Of a stretch of 64,000 bases of DNA, positions 8,792 to 20,169 are shown piece by piece. Where the stretch lies: positions 3,264,001 to 3,328,000 of the forward strand of contig OZ240241.1 of NCBI GenBank assembly GCA_965198115.1, written 5' to 3'. The number at the start of each line of letters is the position of its first letter. The stretch's first letter is position 1. The notes beneath the pieces are model-generated. The model was not told the DNA's origin, searched no databases, and worked only from the letters and a program-made list of their open reading frames with translations. This DNA comes from Candidatus Latescibacterota bacterium (lineage in GTDB: Bacteria; Latescibacterota; UBA2968). Made by a program: the position numbers and the translations under genes.

Positions 8792-11306
8792 TCACTTCAG
8801 TAACATCATCTTGCGGACGTCCCGGAAACCGTCCGTGGTCATCTGGACGTAGTAAATCCCGGAGGAGATGCCCACTGCGTCGAACGACACCGTATAGCTG
8901 CCCGCGTCTTGGCGTGAATCTACCAGCGTCCGCACCTTCTGACCCAGAGCGTTGAAGATGGTCAATCTCACCGGCCCGTCTTGACCGACGTCGTAGTGAA
9001 TCTGCGTCGTCGGATTGAACGGGTTGGGATAGTTCTGGTGCAGCGCCGTACTCAGGGATCGGGACGAAAAGCGTACGTTCAGGTCGACGATCGCGACCGG
9101 CATGAGATCCGAATCGAAAAACAGCCCACCGAACTCGATCGCCGTTGGAGGCTGTTCAGTGAAGATCAGATTTATCTGATCACTGGACCTGAATCCTCTA
9201 TCTAGGGCAAGTCGAGCGTGTCCGGGCACTTCGGAAACAAAGGCGAGACGTTCTCCCCGATGCTCGATGGCCACGAGGTGGGTCCCGGAATCGAAGGCGA
9301 TTTCGATGTCTGCGCCCGCGATGTCCTGTCCTCTTTCGATCGAGAGAGGAAGCAGAAGGTTCGACCCGTTCTCGGCCCATTCCCCGAAGGCAATCGTGGG
9401 AGTCCGACTTGGCCGGAGTGCAGGGACCTCGCCATTCCACTGAACGACAACCTTGCCGGCCGCATCCAGAACCGATCTGCCCGTTATATCCACCCGAGCA
9501 CCTACGGCCAGGTCCAGGTCGTTCTGGAAGCCGCCTCGAATCGGGATACTTCCCCAGGTCCCGATCACCCGACCACCCCCCTCCGCCAGCTGTGCAAGGT
9601 AGTAGCCGTTTGCGCCGATTCTACGGAATCGGAAAGCGTCACCGCTTGTGACCGTCACCTGAGCGGTCCCGTCGCTTCCCGTCAAGCCAGACCACGCGAA
9701 GTCAGGCGCAACCCCAGAGATTGAGCGCGCGAACGATAGGACCAGGCCGGACAAATCACGGTCAGGTTTTCCAATCTGCCCACGGATTTCGCCAGAAGGG
9801 TTCGCTGCAGTGTGCACGTTCAGGTAGAGGTTTCCCATCATCAGCTCACCGATGAGGTCGCTCGTGAGCGAGGACGCATCCGAAGCAGCCCAGGTGCCAG
9901 CTGCCGAATTGCCGTCAAATGAATCACCGATATCGCGGACGACTCCGCCATTCGTGCCAGCAGGCGCGTTGTGGAAGTGAGCAGCGGTGAAGTCATCCGT
10001 GAGTCCGTCGACGGTGACCCAATACTGGAGGCCGGACCCGTCCCACAGGAAGCCGGCTGTCCCGGAACCATCGCCCTCGACTGCGGGGTTCTCCTGGTCG
10101 CCGTCCAAGCCGGCGATGAACCCGACACCGGATGATGCGGTCAACTGACCGCGAATTTCCCCTGAGGGGTTTTCAGAAGTGTGCACGTTGAGGTAAAGAT
10201 TCCCTGCCAGCAATTCCTTAATCAGCGTGGCGGTCAGCGGAGAATCGTCGTCCGGCTTCCACGTCCCGACGACCGTGTTGCCCACGAACTCGTCCGTGAT
10301 ACCACGCACGACCCCGCCGGTTGCCCCGGCCGCTCCGTTGTGGAAATGGGCGCCGGTCAACGGTCCCGTCAGCCCCGTGACCGTCAAACGAAAGGCAACA
10401 TTGGTTCCGTCGAACGTGATGACCGCGGTCCCGGATCCATCAACCGTCACTGACGGGACTTCCTCGTCCCCGCTAAGGCGGGAAATCATCCGAACACCGG
10501 CGACCATTTCGACCTGTCCGCGAACCTCCCCGCCCGCGTTCTCCGCTGTATGAATGTTGATGTAGATATTTCCCGCCAGCAGCTCTCCGAGGAGCTCAGA
10601 CGTCAGATCTGCGGTCCCCCAGACACCGATTCCCGTATTGCCCGAGAACGACGCATCAATCCCGTGTACTACCCCGCCGTTCGCGCCGGCCGGCGCGTTG
10701 TGGAAATGGGCGCCCGTGATCGAGCCGGTCAGGTCGTCGACTGTCACCCAGTAGTGCAGACCGTCGCCATCGAGAATCATGGCGGCCGACCCCGATCCCG
10801 AACCACTCGAGCCCGACACCTCCTGATCGACCGTCAAATCCCCCCAGAAGCCTACACCCGTAGCGACCAGAACCTGGCCTCGTATCTCGCCTCCCGGATT
10901 GTTCGCTGTATGGATGTTCACGTAGATATTGCCGGCGAGGAGGTCGCCGATCATCTCGCTCGTGAGACCGTCGGTCGATCGCCAGATCCCGCGGGCAGTA
11001 TTGCCTGAAAAGGAGTCCCCGATACCGTACACGACGCCGGTTGCCCCGGCGGCGGCGCCGTGAAAGTGGGCACCTGTGATGTCGCCGGAAAGCCCCGTCA
11101 CTGTGATCACAAATTGAAGCCCTTCGTCGTCGAGGCGGAAGGCTCCCGTACCCGTCCCATCCGTCGTCGTGGCCGGTACTTCCTGATCGCCGTCCAGAGT
11201 CGCCGTAAAGAACGTCGTCGAAGCAGACGTGGCGGCCCCCTCAATGTCCACGCTCGCCGAAACAACCGCGGTTTCGTGAGCGGCGAAACTTGTGCCTATT
11301 GTAATT
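8792..11306 (-). CDS. 4x CHRD-domain protein with C-terminal T9SS/FlgD-like sorting domain, 5' end cut by ISL3
   Basis: Four repeats of L.G.QEVP...AHFH...GN.Y.N.HT..NP.GEIRGQ; tail LHQNYPNPFNPTTQI.Y...RKMMLLK; frame stays open from GTG 11251 to the IS boundary. Confidence 0.85.
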
Positions 11307-12724
11307 GGCTCTATCCGGGTTTCTCAACGGTGAAACTATAGAATGACAAGGTCATAGATCGTTCCCTACGCTTGGTTGTGTGTGTAGGACAATCAAAGCG
11401 AAGGGGGTGCGACCTATGACCGGGAGCAGATTACTATCGAAACTGCTGAGATTCAAGGGGTTCCGTGTTGTCAGCTGGTGGTTTGAGGGGAGAAGCTGTT
11501 TCGTCATCGCCGTAAAGCCACATAAGAATGGTTGTTGTTGTCCGGAGTGCGGCCGTCGAGGTAAAATCGTCCGCACAATGCCCCATCCGCGTCGGTGGCG
11601 TGACATTCCGGTGTGCGGGTGGAGGGTCTGGCTTCTCTACCATCCTCGGGAGATTCGGTGTCCTACCCACGGTCGTGTGGTCGAGGAGATTCCGTGGGCG
11701 GAGCGGTTCTCTCGGGTGACGTATCGCTTCGAGTATGCCATGCTGCGCTACTGCCAGACCATGACGCAGAAGGCGGCGTCCGAGTTACTGCGCATCTCTG
11801 CCTCGACGCTGTCGGATCTCCTTCACCGATCCATCACGCGGCTTCGTGAAGGTCATCGTATCCGAGGGCTCAAAACCATCGGGATCGACGAGATCTCCTA
11901 CGCCAAGCGTCACAGGTACGCCACGCTCGTTTACGATCTGGACCGCTCCTGCGTGGTGTGGGTTGGCCGCGGCAGGGCGCGTAAAACGATCGATCGGTTC
12001 TTCACAGAGGCTCTCAGTCCCTACCGGAGATCCAAGATCGAGTGGGCCTGCTGCGACATGAGCGAAGCTTACATCGGAGCCATCCAGGAACACTGTCCGA
12101 ATGCCAAGCTGGTCCTCGATCGCTTTCACATCGTCAAGGCTCTCAATGCCGCCGTTGACGAGGTCCGTAAGGACCAGTGGCGTAAAGCTGCCCCGGATGA
12201 GCGCAAAGCCATGAAGGGCCTCCGATGGCTCCTCTACCGGCACTCAGCGACACGCTCCAGAGGGGATACTCGGACACTCAAAGCACTGGAGAAGGCGAAC
12301 TACCGAATCTATAGAGCCTGGAGACTCAAGGACGAGTTCGAGCAGTTCTGGGAATACAAAGCGCCCTGGGCTGCCGAACGCTTCCTGAAATGCTGGACGA
12401 CGTCCGCACTCAGAAGTCGACGTGAACCCCTGCGAAAGTTCGTCAGGACCCTGCGACAGCACTTCTTCGGCGTCCTCGCATTCGTGAACACGCGTCTTAC
12501 CAACGCCATCGCCGAAGGCCTCAACCGAATCGTCCAAATCGTCAAGAACCGAGCCAGCGGATTCCGCACACTCGACGCATTCAACGATATGATCTTCCTT
12601 ACCGTCGGAGACATAAACATCCCTGAGCAGATTCCGAAGAGGTTCCGCACACTCTAACCGCGCCCATGCCAGGAACCACGGCACCTTCACCCACTTCATC
12701 TCGTTGAGAGATCCGGATATAGCC
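11307..12724 (+). mobile_element. ISL3-family IS, copy 1 (1418 bp)
   Basis: IRL GGCTCTATCCGGGTTTCTCAACG, IRR CGTTGAGAGATCCGGATATAGCC; flanks TTGTAATT / AAATAAAT do not match. Confidence 0.95.
11380..12657 (+). CDS. ISL3 family transposase
   Basis: CPECG zinc finger, IGIDE, CCDM, DRFHIV, TNAIAEGLN. Confidence 0.95.
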   Translation: MCRTIKAKGVRPMTGSRLLSKLLRFKGFRVVSWWFEGRSCFVIAVKPHKNGCCCPECGRRGKIVRTMPHPRRWRDIPVCGWRVWLLYHPREIRCPTHGRVVEEIPWAERFSRVTYRFEYAMLRYCQTMTQKAASELLRISASTLSDLLHRSITRLREGHRIRGLKTIGIDEISYAKRHRYATLVYDLDRSCVVWVGRGRARKTIDRFFTEALSPYRRSKIEWACCDMSEAYIGAIQEHCPNAKLVLDRFHIVKALNAAVDEVRKDQWRKAAPDERKAMKGLRWLLYRHSATRSRGDTRTLKALEKANYRIYRAWRLKDEFEQFWEYKAPWAAERFLKCWTTSALRSRREPLRKFVRTLRQHFFGVLAFVNTRLTNAIAEGLNRIVQIVKNRASGFRTLDAFNDMIFLTVGDINIPEQIPKRFRTL

Positions 12725-12974
12725 AAATAAATGGCTGATATTCCGATCACCTCAAAGCAGCTATCCTCTCACGAGTTCTTCCCTCAGCAGGAGACAAAAT
12801 AACTTTGCCATCTGCAACCGGACCGCAGGTCGAAGCCGGGAAGATGGCCGCCTGATTTCTTTTACACACCTATTGACCTGAGCTCAGACAACCCACCACT
12901 CGGTTGCTGAGCTGTTGAGATGATTTCTGTTCCCCGTCCCTGTGTCCTCTTCGGACAGGATGAACTCCTTGCCC

Positions 12975-13050
12975 TGAGCCCACCCGGTGTTTCGTGAATA
13001 GGACTATCTCACGGGAAGTGTAGGGTCGCCCTTTCTCTTTTTCCACACCT
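12975..13050 (-). mobile_element. Orphan left end of an IS256-family element
   Basis: Reverse complement AGGTGTGGAAAAAGAGAAAGGGCGACCCTAC.CTTCCCGTGAGATAG matches the IS256 end at 51112; a similar terminus lies at 12856-12871. Confidence 0.75.
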
Positions 13051-13144
13051 ATTAATCATAGCTCCATCGAAGACCTGCGCCTCGCACTCTGGTCCACCCC
13101 ATGCTGCACTCTGTCCTAAAAGAGACTTCATCTGAGGATCGGAC

Positions 13145-13202
13145 AGTCATGACCTCCGGCAAAGCCGGAGGCTTGAAAACTTGTGAACCGCTCAAAGCGG
13201 TT
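13145..13202 (-). mobile_element. IS200/IS605-family end remnant
   Basis: Hairpins CCTCCGGC-AAA-GCCGGAGG and AACCGCT-CAA-AGCGGTT, typical of IS200-type ends; no tnpA present. Confidence 0.65.
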
Positions 13203-13499
13203 GGACTCTGAGTCGCCACGCAAGACGTCGTAGAACACATCTTGTCTTGGGGGGGTTATTGACCACACACTCCCATTGCCGTTACCAGTCGTCCTATTTA
13301 TTCGTAACTAATTGTCGTGCAGTAAATTATGCGATTCATGCAGTTGGCATCAGGACTTGGATAAGCAAGGTGGAGAAGATGGCAAAGTTATTTTGTCTCC
13401 TGCTGAGGGAAGAACTCGTGAGAGGATAGCTGAGATCGGAATATCAGTATATTTATTATGTGAAGGGCCGACAATACAAAGGACGCCGACTAGAGACGG

Positions 13500-14509
13500 C
13501 GCCCTCTCGATGTATCCGTTCTCCCACGGGCTGCCCGGCTCGATGAACAAAGTTCCGACCTCCAACCTCGAGAGCCAGTCCCGAACCGCTTTGGCTACAA
13601 ACTCCGGCCCGTTATCCGATCTGATGTGTTTCGGGACACCATACCTCAGCATCAGCTTCGCCAACGTCCGCAGAACGTCCCGTGATGTTTGCTTGCGAGC
13701 GACCTCGATGGTCAGGCACTCACGCGTGTATTCATCCACGACTGTCAGGAACTTCAACGGCCTCCCTTCACGTGTGCGATCGAACACGAAGTCGTAGGCC
13801 CAGACGTGGTTACGATGCTCGGGTCTGAGTCTGATGCAGGAGCCGTCGTTGAGCCAAAGTCGACCCCGCTTCGGCTGCCTAGCGGGCACCTTCAGCCCCT
13901 CCTGACGCCAGATCCGCTCCACCCGCTTGTGGTTCACCCGCCAGCCATCGGTCCTAAGAAGAGCCGTGATTCGACGGTAGCCATAACGTCCATATTCGCT
14001 GGCCAGAGAGACGATGTTCGCGGTCAGGACGGTCTCGCCGTCCGCCACCTTGAGCGTGTATCGCTGGGTACGGCGCACCTGACCCAGCACACGGCACGCC
14101 CGACGCTCCGAGACAGCCAGGGCCTCACGCACGTGCCCGACCGCCTTCCTTCGCCGCGTCGGGCTCAGAAGTTTCCCCGGGACACCTCCTTGAGAATCGA
14201 GATATCCAGGGCCTGGTCGGCCACAAGACGTTTCAGACGCCCGTTCTCTTGCTCCAGCTCCTTCAGCCGGCGGACCTGGTCGACCTCCATACCGCCGTAT
14301 TCCTTGCGCCACCGGTAATAGGTCTGTTCGCTGACGCCAAGCTCACGCGAGACCTCGCCGACCGTCTTGCCTTACGATATACGAATCTCTGCCTGACGGA
14401 GATGTCCGATGATCTGCTCCGCTGTGTATCGCTTCCTGGCCATTCGGCCCCCTTTCTATGTTCCGATATCCTAACTTTAGGAATGGGAACAATCCAGGGG
14501 GGCAGGTCA
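13500..14509 (-). mobile_element. Truncated IS3-family element
   Basis: TGACCTGCCCCC end at 14509; orfA 14443-14165 (MARKRYTAEQII.., internal TAA); GGGAAAC frameshift site; orfB with RYGYRRI, WAYDF, SDNGPEF, SPWENGYIE, then cut off. Confidence 0.9.
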
Positions 14510-15847
14510 GGAGCAGATGGGCACGGTGAGTCGGGCGAACTTCGCCAGATCGCCACAGTTGTGGAAGCTGCGTAAGAAACTGATCGAGTGTCTTTCGACC
14601 GGGTCCTTCGACGATGCTATCGGTCGAGACCAGGGCTGCCAGCGCAGCTTGGGCATCACGCAGCCGATGCAGAATCGCCACAGGGTCAAGCTGCAGACAC
14701 AGCTCTCGGAGGATCTCCTTGGTGTCATTCTGTGGACCGCGGGGTGATTTACAAGGCGCTCGCATGGCGTTCTCGGGCGATCGTAAGTCCTCTTTACTTT
14801 GGCACCTTGATGCGTCTTACTGAGCAGTTTAGACGATGGCTGAAAGAAATTCACGTGAAGACGGGCAGCCTGGTACAAATGGCCAAGTGCTTGAGCAGCA
14901 ACTACACCTGAGAATCTACCGTGGCCTGCGATGCGTCGGACGACCGCACCATTCTTCTGTTCCACCCATGCCTAGTCATTCTTGCGATAGGGCCGGGAGC
15001 GCGTGAACTCAATGCGATGCGATTTGCAGAACGCCAGTAGCGTGTCGTTGATAAAGGCACTGTCGTTATCGGAGTCGATACCTTTGACTGGGAACGGAAC
15101 TTGCCGAAAAAGAGCCTGCAGCCCCTCGACAACGAGGGACTGCTCCCGTGCCAGCAGTGGCAGGCACTCTGTCCATCCAGAGCAGATGTCTGTCACGACT
15201 AGCGTATGGATGACGGATCCGGCCATGGATCCGCCGCAATGTGCAACGAAGTCAATTTCCAACCAACCAGGATCCGGCTGATTCCAGTCGGCGAATGTTC
15301 GAACGGGAACCTTGTTGCTGACTTTCGAAGTCTGGCGACGTTTTCTCCGGCCTTGTGCCTTGCCCCGAATCGGTGCGAGCAACCGATCAATGGTAGCTGC
15401 ACTGACGGTTTGCAGTCTCGACCGCACGTCGGGATCAAGATCCAAATGGCCGTGACGCTCCATTGCATCGATGAGATCTGGCAATATTGCTTTCAGCCGC
15501 TTGCCACAGATTCGATCCGACGCCTCCCACGTTAGGATCAGGGCTTCTTTCACCGCTTCGTCGTAGACTCGCCGGCCGTTGGTGTGCTTCAGCTGTGGGC
15601 GCCCATTAACCGAGCGACAGCATAGAAGCCGAGTCGCGTGTTTGCGGTGATAGCCACTCACGGCTACAAACTCGTCGAGGATTCGGTGTTTTCTCCCTCT
15701 TCGATGACTCGAGGTATCGACGCCCCAGAGCCTCAACGAGCTCCTGTCTGGTGTTCGTACTGATTCTTCTGCCCATCGCTTGCCTCCAATTTGGGTAACA
15801 ATTCCTTTGAGGCAACAATCTTTGCTTGGTAACACAATCCCTGAGGC
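14510..15847 (-). pseudogene. rve/DDE transposase (ISNCY-like), degraded, with end repeats
   Basis: Starts MGRRISTNTRQEL at 15776; ILDEFVAVSGYHRKHA, EIDFVAHCG, DSDNDSAF, KND*AWVEQKNG; stop plus frameshifts; GGTAACA...TGAGGC x2 at 15794-15847. Confidence 0.8.
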
Positions 15848-15853
15848 CATGGG

Positions 15854-16076
15854 TGTGATGGGTGGTGGCCGGGCCATCCAGTTGATGCGTTTAGATCGTG
15901 GCAGGATGCGTTGTTCGTAGTGTGGGGCGTTCTGGGTTGTCATTATGGGTTCTGAGCGACCCTGGTTTTGCCCTTCCTGGCGGTTTTCGAGTGTTCGAGC
16001 CGATAGCTGGGGAGGTTGAGCTCGAGGATCACGCAGTGATGGACGAGGCGGTCGATGGCCGCTGCGGTGGTCATCT
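15854..16076 (-). pseudogene. istB: IS21-family istB C-terminal fragment and right end
   Basis: 15943-16074 translates to MTTAAAIDRLVHHCVILELNLPSYRL...*. Confidence 0.8.
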
Positions 16077-16084
16077 AAATATGC

Positions 16085-16192
16085 GTGTTCAATCCCCCGG
16101 CTTCCCACACCATCCACGCCGGTGACACCCTGGTGGTCATTGGAAAAGGCGCTGATCTGAAGAAACTGGAAATCGATTGTTCCAGTCGCTGA
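16085..16192 (+). pseudogene. TrkA-C/RCK C-terminal fragment (K+ channel type)
   Basis: Translates to VFNPPASHTIHAGDTLVVIGKGADLKKLE...*. Confidence 0.65.
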
Positions 16193-16370
16193 GGAGAGTC
16201 CGAAGTGTGGGAGGCGCCTCAGGTGCCGAATTCGACGACTCACTACTCCTTGTCCGCACGCATCAGGGGCTCGGGTGATTGCGCCGGGGGATTCATGCTC
16301 CGCAGTCCAAGACAGGAAGCCTGTCGAGGGGAGCCGGACTCACGTGGTCCCGTGATGCGTGAGGTCTGAC

Positions 16371-17231
16371 CTACGACGCAGTTTCAGCGTGTCTCCCACC
16401 GAGGATATTCAGAATACGGTCGCTTGTCGACGGCAACTCTTTTTCCGGGATCGGGACCCGATTCATCCAACCGAAGCGTTTCCACGCCCAGCTGATGGCG
16501 TACTGTGAGTGGATGAGATATCGTGTTCGATCGGATGTGTTCGGCGCGCCTCGATGCCAGCACTGAGGGTCCTGGATGTAGATGTCGCCCGCTTTGCAGA
16601 AGATGGATACGGGTTCGTTCCCTTCGAAGGAAGGATGGTCCTGATCGTTCGGGTCTTTTCCGGACCAGTGGCTGCCAGGAACGTATTGAGTCGGTCCCTG
16701 TTCGAGCGTGTCGATGTCGGTGAGCGCCATCTGGACTGTAATCCAGAGCACGGGAGGCCGGATGCGTCGGTCGTGACGGGGAACGTCTTCCGGAACGGGG
16801 AAATGGACGGCGCCGTCGACGTGCCACCGTTCGATGGCTAAACCGGGGAGATTCCGAAGAACGTTCTGGCCACAGAATTTACAATCCTGCCCGACGATCG
16901 CCTCTGCGAGTCCCAAAATCGGTTCCCGAACAAGCATATCCCGGAACATGGAATCTAATTCGATCGTGTTTCGAAGGATGAAAGGAAGGGCTTCGCCTGT
17001 TTTGTCGTTCTTGAACGTTTGGACGTAGTGCCTGTCGCTCAAGTCCAGGTTCTCCCTTGCCGCGAGCACCGGATCGTCTAGGAGTTCATCCGTTCGATCC
17101 TTCAGAGCTGAAATTTCTTCGGGCTCGAGCACGCCAGGAATGTAGACGAACCCATCTCGGTGAAAGGTGTCGACGATCTCTTTTGTTTCTGTTTCGTCGA
17201 ACGATTCTCCTGCGCGAATCGGACCAGCCAT
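16371..17231 (-). CDS. Phytanoyl-CoA dioxygenase (PhyH) family Fe(II)/2OG oxygenase
   Basis: FHRDGF, WHVD, GPTQYVPGSH, WHRGAPN.S...R; ATG at 17231 lies 6 bp from ISL3. Confidence 0.88.
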   Translation of the reverse strand: MAGPIRAGESFDETETKEIVDTFHRDGFVYIPGVLEPEEISALKDRTDELLDDPVLAARENLDLSDRHYVQTFKNDKTGEALPFILRNTIELDSMFRDMLVREPILGLAEAIVGQDCKFCGQNVLRNLPGLAIERWHVDGAVHFPVPEDVPRHDRRIRPPVLWITVQMALTDIDTLEQGPTQYVPGSHWSGKDPNDQDHPSFEGNEPVSIFCKAGDIYIQDPQCWHRGAPNTSDRTRYLIHSQYAISWAWKRFGWMNRVPIPEKELPSTSDRILNILGGRHAETAS

Positions 17232-17237
17232 AAATTC

Positions 17238-18657
17238 GGCTCTATCCGGGTTTCTCAACGGTGAAACTATAGAATGACAAGGTCATAGATCGTTCCCTAC
17301 GCTTGGTTGTGTGTGTAGGACAATCAAAGCGAAGGGGGTGCGACCTATGACCGGGAGCAGATTACTATCGAAACTGCTGAGATTCAAGGGGTTCCGTGTT
17401 GTCAGCTGGTGGTTTGAGGGGAGAAGCTGTTTCGTCATCGCCGTAAAGCCACATAAGAATGGTTGTTGTTGTCCGGAGTGCGGCCGTCGAGGTAAAATCG
17501 TCCGCACAATGCCCCATCCGCGTCGGTGGCGTGACATTCCGGTGTGCGGGTGGAGGGTCTGGCTTCTCTACCATCCTCGGGAGATTCGGTGTCCTACCCA
17601 CGGTCGTGTGGTCGAGGAGATTCCGTGGGCGGAGCGGTTCTCTCGGGTGACGTATCGCTTCGAGTATGCCATGCTGCGCTACTGCCAGACCATGACGCAG
17701 AAGGCGGCGTCCGAGTTGCTGCGCATCTCTGCCTCGACGCTGTCGGATCTCCTTCACCGATCCATCACGCGGCTTCGTGAAGGTCATCGTATCCGAGGGC
17801 TCAAAACCATCGGGATCGACGAGATCTCCTACGCCAAGCGTCACAGGTACGCCACGCTCGTTTACGATCTGGACCGCTCCTGCGTGGTGTGGGTTGGCCG
17901 CGGCAGGGCGCGTAAAACGATCGATCGGTTCTTCACAGAGGCTCTCAGTCCCTACCGGAGATCCAAGATCGAGTGGGCCTGCTGCGACATGAGCGAAGCT
18001 TACATCGGAGCCATCCAGGAACACTGTCCGAATGCCAAGCTGGTCCTCGATCGCTTTCACATCGTCAAGGCTCTCAATGCCGCCGTTGACGAGGTCCGTA
18101 AGGACCAGTGGCGTAAAGCTGCCCCGGATGAGCGCAAAGCCATGAAGGGCCTCCGATGGCTCCTCTACCGGCACTCAGCGACACGCTCCAGAGGGGATAC
18201 TCGGACACTCAAAGCACTGGAGAAGGCGAACTACCGAATCTATAGAGCCTGGAGACTCAAGGACGAGTTCGAGCAGTTCTGGGAATACAAAGCGCCCTGG
18301 GCTGCCGAACGCTTCCTGAAATGCTGGACGACGTCCGCACTCAGAAGTCGACTTGAACCCCTGCGAAAGTTCGTCAGGACCCTGCGACAGCACTTCTTCG
18401 GCGTCCTCGCATTCGTGAACACGCGTCTTACCAACGCCATCGCCGAAGGCCTCAACCGAATCGTCCAAATCGTCAAGAACCGAGCCAGCGGATTCCGCAC
18501 ACTCGACGCATTCAACGATATGATCTTCCTTACCGTCGGAGACATAAACATCCCTGAGCAGATTCCGAAGAGGTTCCGCACACGCTAACCGCGCCCCCAT
18601 GCCAGGAACCACGGCACCTTCACCCACTTCATCTCGTTGAGAGATCCGGATATAGCC
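17238..18657 (+). mobile_element. ISL3 copy 2 (1420 bp; transposase 17311-18588)
   Basis: Same IRs and near-identical transposase as copy 1. Confidence 0.95.
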
Positions 18658-18665
18658 TTTTTTTT

Positions 18666-20085
18666 GGCTCTATCCGGGTTTCTCAACGGTGAAACTATAG
18701 AATGACAAGGTCATAGATCGTTCCCTACGCTTGGTTGTGTGTGTAGGACAATCAAAGCGAAGGGGGTGCGACCTATGACCGGGAGCAGATTACTATCGAA
18801 ACTGCTGAGATTCAAGGGGTTCCGTGTTGTCAGCTGGTGGTTTGAGGGGAGAAGCTGTTTCGTCATCGCCGTAAAGCCACATAAGAATGGTTGTTGTTGT
18901 CCGGAGTGCGGCCGTCGAGGTAAAATCGTCCGCACAATGCCCCATCCGCGTCGGTGGCGTGACATTCCGGTGTGCGGGTGGAGGGTCTGGCTTCTCTACC
19001 ATCCTCGGGAGATTCGGTGTCCTACCCACGGTCGTGTGGTCGAGGAGATTCCGTGGGCGGAGCGGTTCTCTCGGGTGACGTATCGCTTCGAGTATGCCAT
19101 GCTGCGCTACTGCCAGACCATGACGCAGAAGGCGGCGTCCGAGTTGCTGCGCATCTCTGCCTCGACGCTGTCGGATCTCCTTCACCGATCCATCACGCGG
19201 CTTCGTGAAGGTCATCGTATCCGAGGGCTCAAAACCATCGGGATCGACGAGATCTCCTACGCCAAGCGTCACAGGTACGCCACGCTCGTTTACGATCTGG
19301 ACCGCTCCTGCGTGGTGTGGGTTGGCCGCGGCAGGGCGCGTAAAACGATCGATCGGTTCTTCACAGAGGCTCTCAGTCCCTACCGGAGATCCAAGATCGA
19401 GTGGGCCTGCTGCGACATGAGCGAAGCTTACATCGGAGCCATCCAGGAACACTGTCCGAATGCCAAGCTGGTCCTCGATCGCTTTCACATCGTCAAGGCT
19501 CTCAATGCCGCCGTTGACGAGGTCCGTAAGGACCAGTGGCGTAAAGCTGCCCCGGATGAGCGCAAAGCCATGAAGGGCCTCCGATGGCTCCTCTACCGGC
19601 ACTCAGCGACACGCTCCAGAGGGGATACTCGGACACTCAAAGCACTGGAGAAGGCGAACTACCGAATCTATAGAGCCTGGAGACTCAAGGACGAGTTCGA
19701 GCAGTTCTGGGAATACAAAGCGCCCTGGGCTGCCGAACGCTTCCTGAAATGCTGGACGACGTCCGCACTCAGAAGTCGACTTGAACCCCTGCGAAAGTTC
19801 GTCAGGACCCTGCGACAGCACTTCTTCGGCGTCCTCGCATTCGTGAACACGCGTCTTACCAACGCCATCGCCGAAGGCCTCAACCGAATCGTCCAAATCG
19901 TCAAGAACCGAGCCAGCGGATTCCGCACACTCGACGCATTCAACGATATGATCTTCCTTACCGTCGGAGACATAAACATCCCTGAGCAGATTCCGAAGAG
20001 GTTCCGCACACGCTAACCGCGCCCCCATGCCAGGAACCACGGCACCTTCACCCACTTCAGCTCGTTGAGAGATCCGGATATAGCC
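18666..20085 (+). mobile_element. ISL3 copy 3 (1420 bp; transposase 18739-20016), tandem with copy 2
   Basis: Separated from copy 2 by T8; right flank TTTTTTAT. Confidence 0.93.
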
Positions 20086-20169
20086 TTTTTTATGTCATAT
20101 CGGTTCCGTTCAGAGAAGGACCGATGATGGCCCTTGTTCAACCACGCTCACACCGCAGCAGGGAACCGA

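Larger units (their letters stand above)
12735..13447. repeat. Long inverted repeat pair (14 bp + 56 bp identical blocks)
   Basis: 12735-12813 is the reverse complement of 13377-13447, apart from a short indel between the two blocks. Confidence 0.85.
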
